Translations under genes and position numbers: made by a program
NCBI GenBank assembly: GCA_944382715.1
Contig: CALWNC010000006.1
Coordinates: 13,642-77,641 of the forward strand
DNA: 64,000 nucleotides
Direction: 5' to 3'
Source: an uncultured Clostridia bacterium
GTDB lineage: Bacteria; Bacillota; Clostridia; Christensenellales; UBA1242
Notes under the pieces: generated by a model
Database searches by the model: none
What the model was told of the DNA's origin: nothing
Seen by the model: only the letters and a program-made list of their open reading frames with translations
In this document: piece after piece, positions 57,354-64,000 of the stretch
Layout: each line of letters begins with the position of its first letter
Numbering within the stretch: position 1 is the stretch's first letter

Positions 57354-58478
57354 ATGGTTACAATTAGAATGATAAGTAAAAGAAGAGATTTGAAAAAGTT
57401 TGTTCGATTTCCAACAAAGCTTTATGAAAATAATCCAAATTACATACCTCCGATGGAAATGGACGAATATAAAATGACAACGAAGAGAAATGCACATTAT
57501 AAAGAATGCGACCAAGCATATTTTTTAGCAGAAGAGGACGGTAAAGTTGTTGGAAGGATTGCATGTGTAGTATTACACCCATATAATGAGAAGAATAATT
57601 CAAAATATGCAAGATTTACAAGATTTGATGTAGTTGATGATGAACAAACTGCTCATTTGCTATTAAAAACTGCTGAGGAATGGGCAAGAGAACAGGGTAT
57701 GGAATATATTCATGGACCATTGGGTTATGACGATATGGAAAGGGAAGGTTTAATGACTTATGGCTTTGAAAATAAGGGCAGTTTTTTTACTAGTTACAAT
57801 GCTCCTTATTATCAAAAATATATTGAAAGTTATGGATATGTTCCTGATGCAAAGTGGGTTGAATGGAGATTTAAATTTCCACTAAAAATGGATAGCAGAG
57901 TAGAAAGAGTTGCCAAAATTGTTGAAAATAGATATGGTTTTCATGAGAAGCATTTTAAAAATGTTGATGAAATTATAAAGCTCCATGGAGATGATTTTTT
58001 TGATTTGGTTGATGAATCATTTGAAGATTTATATGGTACAATACCTTTTAATAAGGAGCTAAGAAAGCAAGTTATCAGTTCGTTTAGATTAATACTTGAT
58101 CAAAAATATATTTGTCTGGTTTTTAATAGAGAAGATAAACTCATAGGTTTTGGGTTATCTTGGCCTTCACTTGCCGATGCTATGCAAAAGACACATGGAA
58201 GAGCTTTGCCTTTTGGTTTTATTAAGTGGATAAAGGCACTTAAAAATCCAAATGCAGTAGAACTTGGAATACAAGCAGTAAAAAAGGAGTATCGAAAATT
58301 AGGAGTTACTGGCTTTATTATAAAAAAATTACTTGATAGATTAAATGCAATTCCAACCCTAGAGTATGCAGACACAGGTGTACAACTAGAGACAAACACG
58401 GGAGCTATTACTTCGCTTGAAATGTTTGAAAGGGAATTGATTAGAAGAAAGACTTGTTATATAAAAAAATTAAATTAA
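57354..58478 (+). CDS. GNAT-fold acyltransferase-like protein
   Basis: ATG 57354 follows aagggga. Motif-A-like segment IQAVKKEYRKLGVTGFIIKKLL in the C-terminal half. Substrate unknown. Confidence 0.6.
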   Translation: MVTIRMISKRRDLKKFVRFPTKLYENNPNYIPPMEMDEYKMTTKRNAHYKECDQAYFLAEEDGKVVGRIACVVLHPYNEKNNSKYARFTRFDVVDDEQTAHLLLKTAEEWAREQGMEYIHGPLGYDDMEREGLMTYGFENKGSFFTSYNAPYYQKYIESYGYVPDAKWVEWRFKFPLKMDSRVERVAKIVENRYGFHEKHFKNVDEIIKLHGDDFFDLVDESFEDLYGTIPFNKELRKQVISSFRLILDQKYICLVFNREDKLIGFGLSWPSLADAMQKTHGRALPFGFIKWIKALKNPNAVELGIQAVKKEYRKLGVTGFIIKKLLDRLNAIPTLEYADTGVQLETNTGAITSLEMFERELIRRKTCYIKKLN

Positions 58479-58528
58479 AGATTTTATAATGCCTTGTAAA
58501 AATAAAATATTTTTATTTAAACAAAAAA

Positions 58529-58563
58529 ACACTTTAACTAAAGTTAGTTAAAGTGTTTTTTTT
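58529..58563. terminator. Bidirectional terminator between convergent genes
   Basis: acactttaacta / aagt / tagttaaagtgt 12-bp stem with an A-run upstream and T-run downstream. Confidence 0.8.
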
Positions 58564-58594
58564 GATAAATTATTTATTTTAACAAGTAAAATTA

Positions 58595-61500
58595 TTAAAA
58601 TCCTTCATCAATATTTTTACTGTCATTGTTATCTTCAGATTTTTCTTCGGTACTACTTTCAGAATTATCTGATTTTGAATTAGTATCAAAGTTTTCATCT
58701 TTTTTAGATTTCTTTGATTGTTCTTTATTTGGTTCAACTACAACAAATGAATCATCTTTAACCTTTTTAGAAACTTTAATAGGGTGTTTCTTAATTACGG
58801 CAGCAACAATGGCAATAATCAATACAGCACCTAAGAGAAGTGATGAGAATACATAGAAGAATGTAGCCCAAATTGTATTTGAATCGCTGTCACTATCGTC
58901 GTCATCATCTGAAGTAGATGAACTTGGTGTTCCATAGTATCTTTTAGCAATAGAATTGCTATCATCTTCAACATAAAGTTCTTCTTTTGCATTGCAATAT
59001 TCGTTAAAGAGAGTTTCATTACTCATTTTTTCAACTTCAACACCAGCAATAATTGCATAACCAGCGGTTGGATTATTTGTTCCACCAAGTGAGAAAGTAA
59101 TATTAACTTTTGAGAATGAACTTGTGTTTGTTGAAACCCAAAGTTCGTAGCAAACAAATCCGTCTTTGTCAGCATTACTGCTTGAAGTTGTGTTAATATT
59201 TTGCCAGTTAACTGTAACTGAATCAATTGCAATATTTAATCCATTGTCACCCATATCACTAGTTTTAACATAAATTCTTATTACATAGTATGATGATGAG
59301 CTAAGTGAATAAGTGTAAGTTGTTGAAACGCTAATATAATCAGTTGAATAACTGTTTGCAAGAATTAAAACATTTTGAGAGTAACTATTGTTAAGTTCTG
59401 AACCAGGAATAATAACATTATTAATTACGACATCGTTATTAAATTTATATTCATATTCAGTTTCTGTAACAGTTGTTGCTGATGTATCTGATCCATCAAC
59501 ATTTATAGATACAACTGATCCTGTTTTTGTGATAGTAAAGTTACTAATTTCACTGCTTTCTGCAACATTATTACCACTTACATCAAAGCCAACTACTTCA
59601 ATTGTAAACATTGAGTCACTATAAATCTTGTAAGTAGTTTCTGATTCATTAGTTTCAGTGTTAACAGTAGTAATTTCTTTGATATAGAATATACTATCAG
59701 CATCACTATTTACTTCATAATTATCTTCAGAACCAGTTATATATTTTAAATTCTTGATTTCTACTGTATAGTAATTAGAAGTTGTTGTTGTATAGTAAGA
59801 AGCAACAGCCGTGCCAGATTCACCAACAGTGTGAGAAGACTCATTTGTATCAGAACTTACAAAGTTATTGCTGTCATAGATACCGTAGTCGTTTTTATTT
59901 CCATTATTAATAGAGAAGTCAGAGTCTGCAAGATTAACAAATCTAATGTTAGAAAGAGCTGCATAGTCATAAATTGTGCCAGTTTGATCGCTGTTATTTT
60001 CAGATGCAACTAAAGAATCTCTAACTTCATTTACACTTGAATAAGAAGTCCTAATATTTGATGCTTTTTGGAAGAAGCAAGTACCAACAGCATTTTCTAC
60101 ACCAATTTCAAGATAAATTGTTGAAGAAGAAAGACCAGTCTGTACATAGAAAGTATACTTAGTCCAATCTTCACCAATGTCGTCAGATGAAATTTTCATA
60201 GTGGAAACAATATTTGCAGTTGCAACAGAACTTGCATAAAGTGTAGCTGTTAAATCGCCACTAAATTCATAACCCTTTAAAAATTCAAATGAAATTTCAT
60301 ATACATAACCAGAAGATAAACTCATTGAAGCAGAGTAAATTTTATAATTGTGAGTAGTTTTAAATTCACCTTCAAGTGTTGAATCAAGTGGGGAGTTAAT
60401 TATAGAAGGGGCATAGATTGCAAAAACATTATTTGCATATCCATTTGTTGAGATATAGTAGCCACCATTATATTTTGTGAAGAAATTTTCAGTTTTTGAG
60501 ATGTAATCATTTGAAGTTGGAACTACACCGGCGATTGCAGATGTAGAATTATCAGTAACTGCAGTCCAATTTTCAGCAGTTCTAGGTAATGTATAGTCAA
60601 TATCAACATAGTTGTCAGTAACTGTTAATAAGTTGAAGTAACCATTTGTTACACCTGAAGATATTAGAGATGCTGAAGGTGACAAAGCTAAACAGGTTGT
60701 AAGCTCATCAGAGTCAGAATTAGCTGTATCATATGCAGAACTAGTAATTCTTTCAATAGTAATGTTGTCAAAGTAAACAGTTGAATTTTTATCTGCAAGC
60801 AATATTAAGCTTACATCTTGGTTTCTATAAGCATTACCTTCAATGTAAAATGTTAGTGGAATCCAACAGTATTCATTTGTTGGTGCTTCATCATAATCGG
60901 CAAGATGAGCTTTAATATTTGAGGCAGTTGCAGAAAGTACTGAACCATTAGAAGATGTACTTGAAGTTTTTAAAATTGATTCAAGTTTTACAGTGGCAGT
61001 TGCATCTGCATCTGGTGAATAAATCCAAACAGTAATTTTATAATTTTCAAGCTGATTAATTGTAAATTTAATTGATTCAATACCAAGAGATTTTAATCTG
61101 TCAGTGTTAGAAATTTTAAGAACCTTATTATTATTTATGAAAGTATTATCAGTTGTTTCAAGATCCATTTCATCTTCATCATCGTCATCGTCAGTATTGT
61201 CAGTATTTTCTTCATCGGTAGTAGTTTCGTCTTCTTCTAATGTTTTATCAATTGTAGATTCGTCAATAACTGAAACTGAAACTTTTCCAGAAGAATAAGC
61301 AGTTTGATATGATTGAAGTAATTCCCAGTTGCCTTGTCCAGAATTTTCTCTACCAATGTAGTAGTGCCAATCACTATGTTCTGTGTAACCATCTTCATTT
61401 CCTTCAAAGGTAAGGTTATTTAATTTTTCCTGTAACATTTCACTAGAATCAAAGTTAAAGTTATAATTCCAGTTAGATACTACAGAATCGTTTCTTGTTC

Positions 61501-64000
61501 TATTATTTAGTGTTTCACCCTCACGAAGCATTTCTTCTTCAACAATAACAACAGTATTTTTATAAGAATCAACATCAGTGTAGGTGTGAGGCGTTGTCTT
61601 TACTGTAATATCAATAGTAGTTTCGCCCGATGTGATAGAATTGTCATATACATAAATTTGTCTTCTAGATTGGTCATCAAGTTCATAATCATCAAGAACT
61701 GTGTCACCATCTACTAAATGTTTGTAGTAATATTCATAATCTGAATCAAGAAGTCTATTTTCATCAACTTGTAAGTCTTCAATTTTTTCATAAGTTCCTT
61801 CAATAGACTCTGAAATTGTTTCAGAATTAACAATTGGGAATGTTTCTACAACTGTATCATATTCAGTTATTTCTTGTTGTACAGGTTCATCATCAATTGT
61901 ATGTTTATTGTAATCGGTTTCGCCAATTAAGATAATCTTAATTTCATCAAACATTACAGTACCAGAAATAGTTGTGGCATCTAAACTACCTGCAATGCTA
62001 TTTTTATCTCCCATATAAAGTGATAGGGTAATTGTTGAGGTAGTAAGAGCATCAGTTGCAATAAATGCTGTATACTTTTGCCATGTTCCATTTGTATTGA
62101 TGTGTTCAATTGAAATATCCGATATTACATTTTTAGAGTCTGTAATATAAACAGATGCTTCAACATCTCCTTCAACTAAGTTGTAATTACTATCATAGTA
62201 ATTTCCATTTGTGTAAACATAGAAAGTTATAGCATAGTAACTATTAGCTTGCAGTGTTACAGAAGAAGTTGTGTTGTAATAGTAATAACTATTTTGAGTA
62301 TAGTTTGAAGTTACTTCATTTCTATTTGTTTTTTTGTAGTACAAGTTTGTGCCAGGAACATAATTAGGGTCATCGGATTGAATTAATTCATAGTCACTAG
62401 CAACATAGTCCTCATCAGTATTGTAGAAAGAATTGTATAGTGTGCTTGAACTAGAAGAGTAGATGTAAATCTTTCTTTCTGATGTTGGTTTTTCGATAAA
62501 TTTGTAATAAAGTTTTGTATAAGTAGAAGAGTAGTTTGAATCATTAGAGTTTATTAAAACATATAAATTAGATTCGCTATTAAACTCTTCAGTTGTAATT
62601 GTAGTATAGTAAAGTGATTTATAAGTAGCTCTATCAGTTGCAGTTAAAGAGTCGTCAATGATATAAATTGCATTTTTGCCAGTAATTTCATTTTGAATGA
62701 AAAGTGATGAATTTGAAGTATAACTATCTTCGCTGGCAAATTCTTCATCTAGTTTATAGAAGAGCTTAAAGTTACTGTTGTAATTGCTGTCTGTAGAAGC
62801 GATTTCTTCATAGTAGTAGTATGTATCTTCATATTCGCTGGTTGTAATAACTTTGTAATTTAAATTTTTATAAACTTCGTTTTCAGAAGCAGTTGAAGAA
62901 TCGTCTACAATATAAATTTGATTAACTATTTCTGTTGAATGTTTATAGTAAAGAGGATAAGTTTCGGTTTCACCGTATAAACTCTTTACAATGCTATCTG
63001 GAACAGAAACATACAAATTTCTGATAAGTTCAAGAGATTCAGAAGTAATAACTTTATAAGAATTATCAAGTATGTTAATGTTTTCTAGAAGCACATAAAT
63101 AACTCTTTGGTTATTTTCAGTTTCATAATTAACGCTATCAATTTCACCACTACTTGTAAGTAAGTGTCTATAATAGAAATTGTAATTAGAGTTAGGTGCA
63201 TTTTCTGATGAAATAAGTTCAAATGCTCCATTATTAACAAGGTCTGAAGAAACAACTTTGTAAGTTGTTCCATCTACTTCAAAAGTATCAACTTTTGAGT
63301 AAATGTCAAAGTTGTCATAACTATCTGAAGCAACTTCGGTTTGTTCATATTCTTTATTAGGTTCTGAAACGGTTTCATAACCATCATCGTATGTGTATTC
63401 GGTTTGAGTAAAGTATGTTCTTATTTGTTTAAAATAAAGTTCAAAATCTTCTTTATAATAATTTGAAAAAGATGAAGTTATTTGATAATAGTCTGGATTA
63501 CTATAAAAGTCATCTGAATTTACAGCAATTAAATTATAGGTTTCTATGAAAGTAGGGTATTTTGAAATAAACTCGTCATATTTATTTTCATCAATATAAA
63601 CATTGTTTGTAGTAGATGTGTATGTTGAAGAAGAAATTTTAAAGTAAATTTTACTATCTCCATTTTCAGTAAATAGAGAAACAATGTTATTGTAGTTTAA
63701 ATCTGATACTGAACTAAAAAGTTTTTTAAAGTAGGCATCACCAAAACTACTTGAAGTAGAACCACTAAAATAAGGAACTTTTACATAGAAACAACCTGTT
63801 GTATCTCTAAATCCATTGCTATCTGAAGCAATAACATTTTCAAGATCAGCGCTTAATTCATCACTTGTAATAACATGAACATAGTAAAGTGAATCATAAG
63901 TTGCCTTTTCATTTGTTGTAACATTATCATCTACAACATAAATTTCATAGTTTGAGTTGGTTATATCATAAGGAATAGAAGAATATCTGTAGTAAGTTGG
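58595..64000 (-). CDS. Giant Tyr/Asn/Ser/Thr-rich surface protein with a C-terminal TM anchor; N-terminus outside the window (>1800 aa)
   Basis: My manual translation shows the frame stays open from 63094 to 64000, with no stop and no ATG/GTG/TTG, so the track's GTG start at 63094 is an artefact. C-terminal TM IWATFFYVFSSLLLGAVLIIAIVAAVI (about 58793-58873), then a 65-aa K/D/E/S-rich tail. Internal poly-acidic linker at about 61140-61230. Confidence 0.85.
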   Translation of the reverse strand, partial: PTYYRYSSIPYDITNSNYEIYVVDDNVTTNEKATYDSLYYVHVITSDELSADLENVIASDSNGFRDTTGCFYVKVPYFSGSTSSSFGDAYFKKLFSSVSDLNYNNIVSLFTENGDSKIYFKISSSTYTSTTNNVYIDENKYDEFISKYPTFIETYNLIAVNSDDFYSNPDYYQITSSFSNYYKEDFELYFKQIRTYFTQTEYTYDDGYETVSEPNKEYEQTEVASDSYDNFDIYSKVDTFEVDGTTYKVVSSDLVNNGAFELISSENAPNSNYNFYYRHLLTSSGEIDSVNYETENNQRVIYVLLENINILDNSYKVITSESLELIRNLYVSVPDSIVKSLYGETETYPLYYKHSTEIVNQIYIVDDSSTASENEVYKNLNYKVITTSEYEDTYYYYEEIASTDSNYNSNFKLFYKLDEEFASEDSYTSNSSLFIQNEITGKNAIYIIDDSLTATDRATYKSLYYTTITTEEFNSESNLYVLINSNDSNYSSTYTKLYYKFIEKPTSERKIYIYSSSSSTLYNSFYNTDEDYVASDYELIQSDDPNYVPGTNLYYKKTNRNEVTSNYTQNSYYYYNTTSSVTLQANSYYAITFYVYTNGNYYDSNYNLVEGDVEASVYITDSKNVISDISIEHINTNGTWQKYTAFIATDALTTSTITLSLYMGDKNSIAGSLDATTISGTVMFDEIKIILIGETDYNKHTIDDEPVQQEITEYDTVVETFPIVNSETISESIEGTYEKIEDLQVDENRLLDSDYEYYYKHLVDGDTVLDDYELDDQSRRQIYVYDNSITSGETTIDITVKTTPHTYTDVDSYKNTVVIVEEEMLREGETLNNRTRNDSVVSNWNYNFNFDSSEMLQEKLNNLTFEGNEDGYTEHSDWHYYIGRENSGQGNWELLQSYQTAYSSGKVSVSVIDESTIDKTLEEDETTTDEENTDNTDDDDDEDEMDLETTDNTFINNNKVLKISNTDRLKSLGIESIKFTINQLENYKITVWIYSPDADATATVKLESILKTSSTSSNGSVLSATASNIKAHLADYDEAPTNEYCWIPLTFYIEGNAYRNQDVSLILLADKNSTVYFDNITIERITSSAYDTANSDSDELTTCLALSPSASLISSGVTNGYFNLLTVTDNYVDIDYTLPRTAENWTAVTDNSTSAIAGVVPTSNDYISKTENFFTKYNGGYYISTNGYANNVFAIYAPSIINSPLDSTLEGEFKTTHNYKIYSASMSLSSGYVYEISFEFLKGYEFSGDLTATLYASSVATANIVSTMKISSDDIGEDWTKYTFYVQTGLSSSTIYLEIGVENAVGTCFFQKASNIRTSYSSVNEVRDSLVASENNSDQTGTIYDYAALSNIRFVNLADSDFSINNGNKNDYGIYDSNNFVSSDTNESSHTVGESGTAVASYYTTTTSNYYTVEIKNLKYITGSEDNYEVNSDADSIFYIKEITTVNTETNESETTYKIYSDSMFTIEVVGFDVSGNNVAESSEISNFTITKTGSVVSINVDGSDTSATTVTETEYEYKFNNDVVINNVIIPGSELNNSYSQNVLILANSYSTDYISVSTTYTYSLSSSSYYVIRIYVKTSDMGDNGLNIAIDSVTVNWQNINTTSSSNADKDGFVCYELWVSTNTSSFSKVNITFSLGGTNNPTAGYAIIAGVEVEKMSNETLFNEYCNAKEELYVEDDSNSIAKRYYGTPSSSTSDDDDDSDSDSNTIWATFFYVFSSLLLGAVLIIAIVAAVIKKHPIKVSKKVKDDSFVVVEPNKEQSKKSKKDENFDTNSKSDNSESSTEEKSEDNNDSKNIDEGF

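Overview
Very AT-rich chromosomal segment (roughly 30% GC by eye) from a low-GC Bacillota-type bacterium. It uses the standard genetic code: the long housekeeping ORFs (valS, uvrA, dnaE) are intact with TGA as a stop, and Trp is TGG. Most of the window is core genome. It contains whiA-dnaE-pfkA, an MBL hydrolase, a NitT/TauT-type ABC importer, galE-valS, spo0A, adhE, yigZ-recX, lgt, groES-groEL, sepF, rpiB, a T-box-controlled glyQS, a TetR plus MacB-type ABC exporter, uvrB-uvrA, and DUF421/DUF4363 with a SpoVB/MurJ-like flippase. One structured RNA is invisible to the ORF track: a Bacillus-type long SRP RNA at 24478-24745 (minus), with its own promoter and T-run. I saw no rRNA, tRNA, CRISPR array, integrase or transposase. 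Five regions stand out as unusual. (1) An AT-rich accessory islet (about 21.1-24.3 kb) holds a coupled small ORF plus a 335-aa PIN-like protein with large insertions, and a duplicated XRE module. (2) At 25.1-30.1 kb, a predicted HEPN-like (RNAIVH) + CBS-pair fusion heads an RlmI-like / RluA-like unit. It is followed by an Rsm22-like methyltransferase co-oriented with two tandem paralogous Cys-rich proteins I cannot place in a named family; one of them is truncated by a frameshift at an A6 tract. (3) A giant surface protein of more than 1800 aa, anchored by a C-terminal TM helix, runs off the right edge of the window. (4) An 855-aa bitopic coiled-coil protein. (5) An array of GTAACATAT repeats lies in the TetR/ABC divergent region. 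All functional calls come from motif recognition by eye; no database search was run.
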